Origin: Bdellovibrionales bacterium
GTDB lineage: Bacteria; Bdellovibrionota; Bdellovibrionia; Bdellovibrionales; UBA1609
DNA length: 64,000 nucleotides
Assembly: GCA_965199825.1 (NCBI GenBank)
Contig: OZ241329.1
Location: 768,001 to 832,000, forward strand
Direction of reading: 5' to 3'
The notes below the pieces were generated by a model. It was not told the origin of the DNA. It searched no databases and saw nothing but the letters and a program-made list of their open reading frames with translations. Numbering within the stretch: position 1 is the stretch's first letter; each line of letters begins with the position of its first letter. Of the stretch, positions 10,611 through 20,330 are shown piece after piece. The position numbers were made by a program, and so were the translations under genes.

Positions 10611-11779
10611 CGCCAGAGCGCTTACGCTTTCAATTGGGTGTGATTTGTCTGTTGGCTTTTGCCGGTGTGTTGTTTCTGTGGCAAATCGAAACACCCATCA
10701 AACCCAACTATGACGAAGCTCACTATGTGCCCGCATCACGCGCGCTGTTAGCGGGTCGATTTGCCAACCGAGAGCATCCTCCACTGGCCAAATATTTTAT
10801 TGCGGCTTCGATTTATTTTATCGGTGATCACCAATTGGGATGGCGTCTGCCCAGTGTGATTTTTGGCATGATCAGCCTAGGTGCGGTGATTGGTCTTTGC
10901 CAGGTGGTGTTCCAATCTTATTTTTGGAGCCTGTGGTGCGGGCTGATCACACTGTTTAACTTTGTTCTTTTTGTTCAGGCGCGAATTGCGATGCTCGACA
11001 CTCCCTTTGCCGCATTTTTGATGCTGGGATTTTTATTTTTGGCCAAAGATTATTTTGAGGATAACAAAAATGCTTCTTATTGGGCTGCACTTTTTTTTGG
11101 TTTAGCCTTAGGCACAAAGTGGGCGGGGCTTCCCACAATAGGTCTTAGTTTTTGGTGGCTCAGGCACAATAGAATAAAAAGCGCACTGCTGCTGGTCGCG
11201 ATTTATTTTTCAACATTTATCCCTGTTATGTTTTTGGCCGATGGCACAACCCATATTTTTGCTCTTCAAAAAGAAATGCTCGATCTGCACTTGGGATTAA
11301 AAGCAGGACACAATTACAATAGCCATTGGTGGCAGTGGCCATTGCTCTTTAGGCCAATGTGGTATGCTTTTGATCAAGAACTCGGGTGGGTGCGCGGAGT
11401 TTTTTTGGTGGGCAATCCACTTCTATTTGTGAGTGGTTTTTTGGCTGCTGTGTTTTTGGTTTTTCAATATATTTTTAAATCAAAAATCCGGCACACCTTT
11501 GTTTTGTCGCTTTATATCTTTAGTTTTTTACCGTGGGTGGCGTTTCCGAGATCGACCTCGTTTTTTTACTATTACTATCCGGCCGCGCTTTTATTAGGCC
11601 CCCTGCTTGTGGCGTGCTTTAAGAATCTTGAAAGTCGAAAGCTCAACATCAAGCTGTGGGCCCTTGTCTACTTGATGGTCTGCCTCTCGCTTTTTGTTGA
11701 TTTTTATCCGATTCTTGCTGGGGTTCCCCTTCCGCAAGGGACCTTTCAACGTTGGGTTTGGTTTAAGAGCTGGCTATAG
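10580..11779 (+). CDS. Protein O-mannosyltransferase-like (GT39/PMT) glycosyltransferase
   Basis: YDEAHY, EHPPLAK, GWRLPS, RIAMLD, HNYNSHWWQWP, GNP motifs. Confidence 0.85.
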   Translation: MGRVGTKTTLTPERLRFQLGVICLLAFAGVLFLWQIETPIKPNYDEAHYVPASRALLAGRFANREHPPLAKYFIAASIYFIGDHQLGWRLPSVIFGMISLGAVIGLCQVVFQSYFWSLWCGLITLFNFVLFVQARIAMLDTPFAAFLMLGFLFLAKDYFEDNKNASYWAALFFGLALGTKWAGLPTIGLSFWWLRHNRIKSALLLVAIYFSTFIPVMFLADGTTHIFALQKEMLDLHLGLKAGHNYNSHWWQWPLLFRPMWYAFDQELGWVRGVFLVGNPLLFVSGFLAAVFLVFQYIFKSKIRHTFVLSLYIFSFLPWVAFPRSTSFFYYYYPAALLLGPLLVACFKNLESRKLNIKLWALVYLMVCLSLFVDFYPILAGVPLPQGTFQRWVWFKSWL

Positions 11780-12555
11780 CTCCACGAAGGTAAACTAAAT
11801 TTATATTCTAAAAATTCAACCTCTGTGGAGATCAAACAAGGGCCCTTGGCTTTGATGGTCGAACCATAGAGCACGTCCCCTATCAAAGGATTTTTCTCAT
11901 ATGCTAGTTGCGCACGAATCTGATGAGTGCGTCCCGTATGAAGCTGAATTTTGAGTTCGTAACAATTGGGATCATAGGCCCGGCTCTCCAAAACCGAAAG
12001 ATGGCATTTCAATGTTCCTGAATCCGAAATGATCTTGGGCTGGAATCGGCTCTGCTCCATCATATGATGAAGCTCCCCAGTAAAAGAATTTTGAACTAAG
12101 GCATGATAGATCTTTTTGATTTCACGATTCATCAAAACCTGATTAAACTTTTTTTGAAACTGCGACGTGCGTGCAATCAGCATCAAACCTGAAGTGGAAA
12201 TGTCCAGCCGCTGAGTAATAAACAATTTTTGATTCAAATCTTTTTCGAGCACACTCAAAACATTTTCGTGAATATTATCGAGCGTGGGATGCACAGGAAC
12301 AAATGCGGGCTTATTGACGATCACAAATTCGTCATTCAAAAACACAATGGCATGTTTAAGGTTTGAGATTTCATAGCGACGAGGTGTGGTGTGAAGCCGC
12401 ACAAGGTCGCCTTCATTTAATAAGCGATCTTTCAGTTCGCGCTTTTGATTGATGTAGACGCTCCCAAGTTCGAGCAGCTCTCTCTGATTGCGAGTGATCA
12501 AAAATTCGCTCAACCAGATAGGCTGTTCCATTTTAAAAAATTCAGCCTTGGGCAT
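11746..12555 (-). CDS. RluA-family pseudouridine synthase
   Basis: VNKP, QRLDISTSGL, TGRTHQIRAQL, PLIGDVLYG; start uncertain. Confidence 0.9.
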   Translation of the reverse strand: MPKAEFFKMEQPIWLSEFLITRNQRELLELGSVYINQKRELKDRLLNEGDLVRLHTTPRRYEISNLKHAIVFLNDEFVIVNKPAFVPVHPTLDNIHENVLSVLEKDLNQKLFITQRLDISTSGLMLIARTSQFQKKFNQVLMNREIKKIYHALVQNSFTGELHHMMEQSRFQPKIISDSGTLKCHLSVLESRAYDPNCYELKIQLHTGRTHQIRAQLAYEKNPLIGDVLYGSTIKAKGPCLISTEVEFLEYKFSLPSWSYSQLLNQTQR

Positions 12556-13462
12556 GGCGACGGACCGAAAACAGCATCGATACTCCAAGAATGCCCAAGA
12601 TAATTGCCAAGGACCATTCGATTGAAAGCTCAAAGGGCAATACTGCCATCTTCATACCAATAAAAATCAACACCACACCAAGCCCATACTTAAGATAATG
12701 AAATCGATCCATTATTTTGGTTAAAACAAAATACATCGATCTTAAGCTCATGATGGCAAAAATATTTGAGGTAAAAACAATCAAGGGTTCTTTTGTCAGT
12801 CCGAAGATAGCCGGGACCGAATCTAGCGCAAAAACTACATCCGATATTTCAACCAACAATAAACACAAAAACAAATTGGTAAATAAAAGTTTAGTATTTT
12901 CACGAACAAAAAAGGTTGGAGCTTTTGAAGAACTTAAAGGGAGCAATTTTCTTAAAGTCCGCATTGCAAAACCATCATTCAAATCTTGGTCTTGATTTTC
13001 TTTGATCACTAAAATTTTAAATCCGGTGTAGATCAAAAATGCACCAAACACCTTCATCACTAGTGAAAAGTGGATTAGGTAAGATCCCAATCCGATAAAA
13101 AGCCCGCGAAATAATATTGCACCAAAGATTCCGTAATTTAAAATGCGCGACTGGATCTGCTTTTCGATATTGAAAAACTTAAAAATCACAATAAATACAA
13201 AAAGGTTATCGATCGATAAAACCTGCTCCATCACGTAGCCACCAAAAAACTCGAGTGCTAATTTTTTAGCTTGAATCGCATCGACAGCTCGAGAGGTATA
13301 AAAATAAAGACCGAGATCAAATACAACTGCCAAAAAAAGATTTAAAGCCACCGATGTCACCGCTTTTTTAGGTGGGCTTTTGATTTCGAAAATTAAAAAC
13401 GCAACAACCGCTAAAGAAAAAAGTGGGTAAAACCACCAGATATTTTCAAATGGAAAAATCAT
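12542..13462 (-). CDS. TerC/Alx family membrane protein
   Basis: EQVLSIDNLFVF, DVVFALDSVPAIF, SNIFAIMSLRSMYF. Confidence 0.92.
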   Translation of the reverse strand: MIFPFENIWWFYPLFSLAVVAFLIFEIKSPPKKAVTSVALNLFLAVVFDLGLYFYTSRAVDAIQAKKLALEFFGGYVMEQVLSIDNLFVFIVIFKFFNIEKQIQSRILNYGIFGAILFRGLFIGLGSYLIHFSLVMKVFGAFLIYTGFKILVIKENQDQDLNDGFAMRTLRKLLPLSSSKAPTFFVRENTKLLFTNLFLCLLLVEISDVVFALDSVPAIFGLTKEPLIVFTSNIFAIMSLRSMYFVLTKIMDRFHYLKYGLGVVLIFIGMKMAVLPFELSIEWSLAIILGILGVSMLFSVRRHAQG

Positions 13463-14013
13463 TAAGCACACACTTCCTTTAACACTCGAATGTAGAGTCT
13501 TTGTTCTACCTCTGCAGTTTTGTTCCGTAGACTCTCAAGGTTCTCGTTCGCACTCAGCGCAAAGCTTTCCTGGGCATAGATGGGCCCCTCGTCAAAATTT
13601 TCGTTCACCCAATGAACGGTCGCCCCCGAGTGCGATTGTTTTGAATTCAAAATTGCATTCAAAACATGATGGCCATACATGCCGTGCCCACCAAATTTAG
13701 GTAATAAGCTCGGATGAATATTCAAAATCTGCTTTGGGTATTTTTGCACCAATCCGTCAGAGAGTTTTTTTAAGTAACCCGCCAACACAATAAAATCGGG
13801 TTTGAATTTATCGATCGCAATCTCAACAGATTTTGGATTTAGAATCACTTGGTGCTCAATATTTAACCTTCGTGCACGCTCGATCGCAAATGCCCGCGAG
13901 GTACTTGCGATCAATTGAATCACCTGGGCGTTGATTTCACCACTTTGGCAAGCGCTCACGATGTTTTCAAAATTGCTTCCAGAGCCCGAAGCCAAAACGA
14001 CCAACCTCTTCAT
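13462..14013 (-). CDS. purN: Phosphoribosylglycinamide formyltransferase
   Basis: LASGSGSN, LNIHPSLLPKFGG, GATVHWV...DEGPI. Confidence 0.93.
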   Translation of the reverse strand: MKRLVVLASGSGSNFENIVSACQSGEINAQVIQLIASTSRAFAIERARRLNIEHQVILNPKSVEIAIDKFKPDFIVLAGYLKKLSDGLVQKYPKQILNIHPSLLPKFGGHGMYGHHVLNAILNSKQSHSGATVHWVNENFDEGPIYAQESFALSANENLESLRNKTAEVEQRLYIRVLKEVCA

Positions 14014-14103
14014 CGCCGAATCTTAGTTCGGAAAGTTTTACCGGAGCAATGACAATTTCCGGCACAATCACATCTTTGCATCCAGCCTTAATCCAGCTAA
14101 GCT

Positions 14104-14118
14104 TGGCACTTGCGTTGC
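14104..14118 (+). promoter_or_regulatory. Sigma-54 promoter (-24/-12)
   Basis: Consensus TGGCAC-N5-TTGC, 28 bp before ATG 14147, with AGGAG RBS. Confidence 0.65.
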
Positions 14119-14146
14119 TCAATATGTTTCTTTCTAGGAGTGATTT

Positions 14147-15094
14147 ATGCGCACAGGATTGTTGCTGATCTTATTATCGGTTGTCGGTTGTGGACAAAAC
14201 GCCTCTGAGCATTTGAAAATTGCTCGGCCCCAAGCAAACTCGCGTCAGCAAATGGCCGTGAGCAAAGAACCACTTGTGGGATCTTTATTTATTATGGGCA
14301 CGAGCGGTCGATATTGTTTGAATATGGCGGCAGTTACAGACTCACTCAAAAAAAAGGGTGATGACCTTGTTCGCCTCAACCTCAAAAATTTCAAAATATT
14401 GAATGCGAGTAACGAACCAATTATCGATAAGCACTCAAACCAACTGTTTTTTAAACAACGTGGTCAGCTGATTCTTGATCAGGCAAAAGCGAGCACAATC
14501 GATCAGCCCGAAAATGCCAATTTCCGAAACTTTTTAAGCTTTCATCAAATTGATTGTTCAAAAGCAACTTTAGATCTTGGCGAGCAAATCCGCGAATTTG
14601 ATATTGACCAGGCCCCACTTCAAACAGCTGCGGTCGTTGGAAATCGTAATCAACAATCTGGATTTAAATTGCCTCAAACCACTCAAGGGTCGATTCGTTT
14701 GTTTGACCGCAAAAACCGCGAAGAGTGGACCTTTACTCTTAAAAATTCATTTCTTGAACTTCAAGTGACAGAAAGTCCGAGCACAATTGAAGATCGCTTG
14801 GCTCATTGTCCTCCCACAGTGACCGCTAAAATTCAAAAAACCTATCGCTTTGATTGGGGCAGAGCGCAGTCTCAAGATCTTAAAATCGGCGCGTCTCTAA
14901 CTCAAAGGCTCATCGATCTTGGTGGAACTGAAACTGTCTGGTCACAAGCCTATGTTCAAAAAACAAAAAAAACCGGAACCCTATCGCAAGCTGCAAGTGA
15001 CAACCAAATCAGCGAAACTCTCTACAAAACTTACACAGAAAATTTGGAAAAGTTTGAAGTTCCAAGCTGCGAACCCGAAGCCGCAACAAAATAG
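14147..15094 (+). CDS. Hypothetical lipoprotein
   Basis: Signal peptide with VVGC lipobox; RBS. Confidence 0.75.
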   Translation: MRTGLLLILLSVVGCGQNASEHLKIARPQANSRQQMAVSKEPLVGSLFIMGTSGRYCLNMAAVTDSLKKKGDDLVRLNLKNFKILNASNEPIIDKHSNQLFFKQRGQLILDQAKASTIDQPENANFRNFLSFHQIDCSKATLDLGEQIREFDIDQAPLQTAAVVGNRNQQSGFKLPQTTQGSIRLFDRKNREEWTFTLKNSFLELQVTESPSTIEDRLAHCPPTVTAKIQKTYRFDWGRAQSQDLKIGASLTQRLIDLGGTETVWSQAYVQKTKKTGTLSQAASDNQISETLYKTYTENLEKFEVPSCEPEAATK

Positions 15095-15141
15095 ACCGAT
15101 CGTCTTGTGCTTCAGTCCGGCATCAGCTAAGTAACGCCACT

Positions 15142-15846
15142 ATGCTTATTTTGTTTATGATGCTGCAGCTTTCGTTTGGCTGCTCTATTCTGTCTTTTCC
15201 ATCACGGTCGCCTTACGATCAAATTCTCTTCTCTGCCGAACGCTCAGAGTTGGCGCCATTACTCAACGCCGATCAAGCGACCACCAAAAAATTTGTGTTT
15301 TTTTTAGAAGAACTCTACAAACACAGCAAAGATCCCGATCAGTTTTTGAGAAACTTAAAAAGAATTAGCTTTTCATTGGAATCAAACACTCTCCCCGCGA
15401 TTCATAACGATGGGCATATTATTTTGCCAAAAATTCTAAAGCATAATCCATTGGCTCTGGCCGAAGCCTACCGCACTGTTTTTTTAATAGAAAATGGCGA
15501 CCTCGCAACTTCAACCTTTAGGGCTCAATCTCGTTTGGAAATTGCCTTAAACAGCTACGCCGCAGTTTATGAATTTGTTCGCGAGGTCTACAGCAACGAA
15601 GACTTTCAATTTATCGATAAAAATTTAAGCGGCCCCACTTATCAGGTGGATCTCTATCAGGGTTATTCTCAAAAACCGTTCTTTTTAGATCAACCAACCT
15701 ATGCCTCAACCATCGCCGAGGATTTTGAAACCAAAAAACAAATTAAACAGACCAGAACAAATTTAGCTTTAGGTTTCGGAGTATTAGGCTACGGTATAGC
15801 TACTGCCGGTGGAATCGGCTATCTCGTCTACTATCTTACACATTAG
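15142..15846 (+). CDS. Hypothetical protein with signal peptide and C-terminal TM anchor
   Basis: 234 aa ORF; hydrophobic termini. Confidence 0.65.
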   Translation: MLILFMMLQLSFGCSILSFPSRSPYDQILFSAERSELAPLLNADQATTKKFVFFLEELYKHSKDPDQFLRNLKRISFSLESNTLPAIHNDGHIILPKILKHNPLALAEAYRTVFLIENGDLATSTFRAQSRLEIALNSYAAVYEFVREVYSNEDFQFIDKNLSGPTYQVDLYQGYSQKPFFLDQPTYASTIAEDFETKKQIKQTRTNLALGFGVLGYGIATAGGIGYLVYYLTH

Positions 15847-16675
15847 TCCGAGACAGATAAAGAACCCGAAGCACAGCTGCGTACAACAACTCAGCAGAAG
15901 CCAAATGCAAAACCGTAATCACGGGCGGCGCAAGATAAAGCACGTTCGAAATTCCCAATGCCACCTGAATCAAAACCAGAATCATGATTTGTCGCGACCG
16001 TAAAAGGAGTTCTCCGGTTGAGCGCCTTAAGTTCCAACCCAAACTTAAAACCAAGATCAAAACAAGATAGGCACTCAGGCGATGAAGCACCTGAAGTCCA
16101 ATGCTCCCTTGCAGAGTTGGAATCCATTCTCCGTGACATAAAGGAAAATCAGGGCAGACCAAAGCCGCATTGTGCGAGGCCACACTTCCGCCCAAAAGAA
16201 TTTGCACATAAACCGCTAACAAAACCAATAAAGGTAGAGGCTTGATCGCACCAAATGATTTTTGTTTAAGAGAAAAATAAATCCAAATTAAACATCCAAA
16301 AAGAGCGGTTGCGAGGCCTAAATGAAGTGTGACCACATAAGCCTGAAGTTCGAGCAAAACGGTCAACCCACCCATTGCCACCTGAAACAAAATCAACACC
16401 AACGAGACAAGAGCAAGTACTCGGTATTCGGTTTTGATCAGCCTTCCGCACAGATAAAAAACACCAAGCGCCACCACGCCCGCAATCGCTCGATGAATAA
16501 ACTCGAGATACACTAATGGATGAAAATCAGGAATAAAATCGCCAAAACACAGTGGCCAATCGGGACAAGCAAGCCCGGCCTTGAGCGCACGCACGGCTCC
16601 ACCTAAAACAATCAGTTCAAAAGTCAGAATACAAAGCCAACGATAATATTTTATGCCCATAAATAAAAAAACCAT
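15836..16675 (-). CDS. ctaA: Heme A synthase (COX15/CtaA)
   Basis: AGLACPDWPLC, EFIHR, CPDFPLC, LHR, LHL. Confidence 0.92.
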   Translation of the reverse strand: MVFLFMGIKYYRWLCILTFELIVLGGAVRALKAGLACPDWPLCFGDFIPDFHPLVYLEFIHRAIAGVVALGVFYLCGRLIKTEYRVLALVSLVLILFQVAMGGLTVLLELQAYVVTLHLGLATALFGCLIWIYFSLKQKSFGAIKPLPLLVLLAVYVQILLGGSVASHNAALVCPDFPLCHGEWIPTLQGSIGLQVLHRLSAYLVLILVLSLGWNLRRSTGELLLRSRQIMILVLIQVALGISNVLYLAPPVITVLHLASAELLYAAVLRVLYLSRTNV

Positions 16676-17523
16676 CTGTCAAAAACTGGGACCCCTAAAA
16701 ACACCAACATGCTTAAATTCGTCCAAAGAAAAAACGAGAGCCAGCGCTGCTGACCATGACTCTTAAAATAAATCCAAAATTCATAGAGCATTTTTAAACA
16801 CAATGGAAAAACCAAAAGCAGATAAAGCACATTGGCTTTTAAAAACCACGGAGACAGCATCGCAACACCCACATAAACAAAAACATAAAGGCCGATATGA
16901 TAAAGGGCTTTATCCACCCCAAGTTTAAGAGGCATGACCGGAAATCCTCCCCGCCCATAATCCTCGGCATAACGAATGGCCAAACACCAAAAGTGAGGCA
17001 TCTGCCACAAAAACAAAATTAGAAAGAGGTAAAGACATTCGGGCGAAAAAATATGTTGGCTGTTGACCGAATATCCAATGACCACCGGCATCGCTCCTGG
17101 CAATGCACCGGGGACTGCACCAAACACCCATTTTCTTTTCCAGTAGAGAGTATAAAATCCGTTGTAAAGCACCACAGTTAGAATTGTGAGAAGACAACAT
17201 AAAGTATTTAGAAGCAGCAGCGCCAAAAATCCGCTGACCAAAAAAATTATGGCAAGAACGATGCCCTGCCAAGGTGCAATCAGACCCTGAGGAATGGGCC
17301 GACCTTTGGTGCGATCCATTAGCTTATCAATCTTCCACTCTTGAACTTGATTGAGTACAAAACTTCCGGCGCAAGAAAGATAAAGCCCCACCATCAAAAG
17401 AGCAATTTCGGCAAAATCAACTTTGCGTCCAAGCTCTAAACTCATCGCATAACCCGCAAGAGCACAAACAAGCGAAAAGAGGATAATGCCAGATTTGGTG
17501 AGCGTCGAATAAGCTTTGAACAT
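16651..17523 (-). CDS. ctaB: Protoheme IX farnesyltransferase
   Basis: DKLMDRTKGRP, WQMPHFW, DYGRGGFP. Confidence 0.93.
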   Translation of the reverse strand: MFKAYSTLTKSGIILFSLVCALAGYAMSLELGRKVDFAEIALLMVGLYLSCAGSFVLNQVQEWKIDKLMDRTKGRPIPQGLIAPWQGIVLAIIFLVSGFLALLLLNTLCCLLTILTVVLYNGFYTLYWKRKWVFGAVPGALPGAMPVVIGYSVNSQHIFSPECLYLFLILFLWQMPHFWCLAIRYAEDYGRGGFPVMPLKLGVDKALYHIGLYVFVYVGVAMLSPWFLKANVLYLLLVFPLCLKMLYEFWIYFKSHGQQRWLSFFLWTNLSMLVFLGVPVFDRWFFYLWA

Positions 17524-17670
17524 GGGCTTATTTATACCGACCTCTTGAGCGAAAACGAAGCTCTTTGATCAAGCGGCGCAAAATACGTCACCGCATGAAT
17601 CGATTTCGCAAACCGTGCGTTTTGGTCCAGCTTAAGCTGGAACCAAGTTTGTATTGAATGAGAGATACGC

Positions 17671-18129
17671 ATGGAGGCGGAAATGATTCGTTTAAGCTCA
17701 CTTTTGGTTTTAAGTTTTGTTGTGATTTCGTGCTCGGGTCGCCAAGGTTCTAAGGGTGATCCTGAAGTCAGAGAGTCGGCCGTTCAAGGTCGGTTTCAGC
17801 TGATCTCTCGCCGCTGCTCAAGCATTCGAGAAGTCCAGGATGGACTTAATTTTCGACGTGGTGATTCTGTTTTTTTCCATTTCGATCATCTTGGTCGCTA
17901 CACGATTGATATACTTCTACGTGGCCAGACCGATGTTCAACAAGGCAGCTACCGCGCTTATGGAACTACCCTCTTGATGACCGATGATGGTCAGCCCTAT
18001 GAGCGCGCGGTCACGGTTGAGCCTTCACCTCGTGGAAATTACTTAACACTGATCTCACAAGATTTCGAACGGGGCTACTGCCCACCTGGCGATAAAGTCA
18101 TATCAATTCTACAAAGAATTCGTCATTGA
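17671..18129 (+). CDS. Hypothetical lipoprotein
   Basis: VISC lipobox; beta-rich. Confidence 0.7.
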   Translation: MEAEMIRLSSLLVLSFVVISCSGRQGSKGDPEVRESAVQGRFQLISRRCSSIREVQDGLNFRRGDSVFFHFDHLGRYTIDILLRGQTDVQQGSYRAYGTTLLMTDDGQPYERAVTVEPSPRGNYLTLISQDFERGYCPPGDKVISILQRIRH

Positions 18130-18178
18130 ATTTTTAGAGCTCCCTCGCTAATTTGCACAGTTTTGCAAGGGAGCTAAA

Positions 18179-18688
18179 TTGAGATTATTGATTGTTTGTT
18201 TTCTGTTTTTTGCCAAAAGTTCTTTTGCCAACATCGATCAACTTCGAGCCAAATTTAAAGTGGGCGAAGCTCTTATCGGATTACACCTTCACGGTCAAAG
18301 CGAAGAAAATTTACGCACACGAGGCTTTGAAATTATCGAGCCCGACTTGGACCAGTATTTCGAAGCTTTAAAGTTTGGTCAGATGAACAATGACGACCCT
18401 CGAGAGCTCAAAGCTTTGTGGACAATATTTAATAAGACAGTGCCTGCCATTACGGAATACACAAAAGGTCCACACTTTAATTATCATAAATTTTTAGCCT
18501 GGATCTTTCTTCTTCGTGATTTCACTATTAACTACAAGCCGCTCACTGAGTATCAATACGCAGCCCATGTTCAAGCTCACGGAACGACAAGCACTGCGCT
18601 TCAGCTTCTTAGTTTAGAAGAGCGTGCAAACATCATTCGCACCGAATTCAACAAGCTCGTCGATCCCTGCAACGAAAGTCTGAAGTGA
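18179..18688 (+). CDS. Hypothetical secreted protein
   Basis: Signal peptide ending SFA; TTG start. Confidence 0.6.
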   Translation: MRLLIVCFLFFAKSSFANIDQLRAKFKVGEALIGLHLHGQSEENLRTRGFEIIEPDLDQYFEALKFGQMNNDDPRELKALWTIFNKTVPAITEYTKGPHFNYHKFLAWIFLLRDFTINYKPLTEYQYAAHVQAHGTTSTALQLLSLEERANIIRTEFNKLVDPCNESLK

Positions 18689-19383
18689 GATTTATTGTTG
18701 GTGCGATTGTTACCGCGGGCGTTCTCGCTTTGGTGGTGGCGTATCAGGATTTTAAAAAGCTTCAAAGTGCGGTGGGACTTCGACCGTACTCTTTGTCTCT
18801 CAATTGCCAACAATGGTATCGACCAACCCAATCTTTTTCGGACTATCTCAAGATCATACAGGGAAGACTGTTTACAAAATCGCCCTTTGAATTTTTAAGT
18901 TTAGATATTCAAGGAGGTAGTCCGGTCGCCTACAGCGCAAAATCACATACGGCCGTGATGAAGAATGGCTACATCTTTCACAACTCAGACTATGCGGTAT
19001 ATCAATCCTACACCGATATTCAAATCAACAAAGCGAGTTTACAAACCCCCTACTCGCTGATTTTTAATAAAACGTCACACCACAACAGTTTGCTGACCAT
19101 AGTAAAAAGCAAGCTCGGCTACCAGGTGGCCTTTCAAGAAAGCACGCCGCCAATTCTTTGCGAGGTGAGCAAGGATCAACAAAAGTGCTCAACCGGAACT
19201 TGGACTAAGGCGTTGGATGTCTCGCCTCTAGCTCGAAATGCCATTGATGTTTTTTGTCAAAATCAAAACGACCAATCCAAAAAGCATGAAGCTCTTCGCA
19301 CCGAGCTTCATGCATGGTGCGAGAGTGATTTTTCATTTGATCAAAATTTAAAATTGCCGTGCGAGCTTTTTAAAGGTCGTTAA
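18685..19383 (+). CDS. Hypothetical exported protein
   Basis: N-terminal TM; several Cys; GTGA overlap with previous gene. Confidence 0.65.
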   Translation: MRFIVGAIVTAGVLALVVAYQDFKKLQSAVGLRPYSLSLNCQQWYRPTQSFSDYLKIIQGRLFTKSPFEFLSLDIQGGSPVAYSAKSHTAVMKNGYIFHNSDYAVYQSYTDIQINKASLQTPYSLIFNKTSHHNSLLTIVKSKLGYQVAFQESTPPILCEVSKDQQKCSTGTWTKALDVSPLARNAIDVFCQNQNDQSKKHEALRTELHAWCESDFSFDQNLKLPCELFKGR

Positions 19384-19681
19384 GGATCACAGGTCGTGAA
19401 AAGATGTCGGCCATACAAAACGTAAACATCACGAGCAAAAAGAAAACCGAGCCCACAAGAATTACCCGAAACAATTTGTCGTCGTATTTGAGATGCATAA
19501 AGTAGGAAGCAACAAGCACCGCTTTGACCGTGGCAATTGCCATCGCAATTAGAATGTGGAGCACATGATCCATTTCGGTGAGGCCCGCAGCCACAGTCAA
19601 AATAGTGAGGACAAAGAGTCCTCCTAAAATATTTACGTAAGTTTTAAATGGAATCAAATGGTGGTGAACGGCTTTGCTCAT
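19370..19681 (-). CDS. ctaF: Cytochrome c oxidase subunit IV
   Basis: KAVLVASYFMHLKY; operon position. Confidence 0.88.
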   Translation of the reverse strand: MSKAVHHHLIPFKTYVNILGGLFVLTILTVAAGLTEMDHVLHILIAMAIATVKAVLVASYFMHLKYDDKLFRVILVGSVFFLLVMFTFCMADIFSRPVILNDL

Positions 19682-19688
19682 GAGGTCC

Positions 19689-20330
19689 TCACTTAATTAG
19701 ATAAAGCAGTGGAAATAAATAAATCCAGATCAAATCGACCAAATGCCAAAACAGTCCAACACCTTCGAGTGGAGTGTAATAATGCTCGCTAAATTCACCG
19801 CGATAAGCTCGGATCAAACACCAAGTAATCAATCCCATCCCGATGATCACGTGCGATCCATGAAGACCCGTCATACAAAAATAAAACGAAAAATAAAGTG
19901 CGAGGTTTGCATGCTCTGCACCTTGATAATGAAATAGTCGGCCAGGCTCTAGACCCAACTCAAACTTGTGATGATACTCAAAAGCTTTTACTGCCAAAAA
20001 GACAAAGGCACAAAGAAGTGTGACCCAAAGACTGGCAATGGTCATTTTTCGATTATTTTGGCGCGCGTACCAAATGCTCATAGCCATGGTAAATGAACTA
20101 AACAAAAGAACGATAGTGTTGAGCGTTCCGAGCTTCCAATCCAAAAACTTAGCACCCTCAGAAAACATCTCGCCATAAATGCTGTGATAGATGATGTAGC
20201 CCACAAAGAGCCCACCGAACATCAGGATCTCGGTGGCTAAGAAAATCCAAACACCCAGCTTGGTGGCTTGGAATTCATGTTCAGCATCTTCAAAATGATG
20301 GGCATAAGGATGTGGATTAGCGGTACTCAT
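19689..20330 (-). CDS. ctaE: Cytochrome c oxidase subunit III
   Basis: [24 protein letters not shown]. Confidence 0.93.
   Translation of the reverse strand: MSTANPHPYAHHFEDAEHEFQATKLGVWIFLATEILMFGGLFVGYIIYHSIYGEMFSEGAKFLDWKLGTLNTIVLLFSSFTMAMSIWYARQNNRKMTIASLWVTLLCAFVFLAVKAFEYHHKFELGLEPGRLFHYQGAEHANLALYFSFYFCMTGLHGSHVIIGMGLITWCLIRAYRGEFSEHYYTPLEGVGLFWHLVDLIWIYLFPLLYLIK

Noticed and set aside
14296..14303. Isolated GGGCACGA hits in housekeeping or other CDSs (also 42314, 48640, 61336)
   Set aside because: Single 8-10 nt matches could be chance; not counted as part of the system
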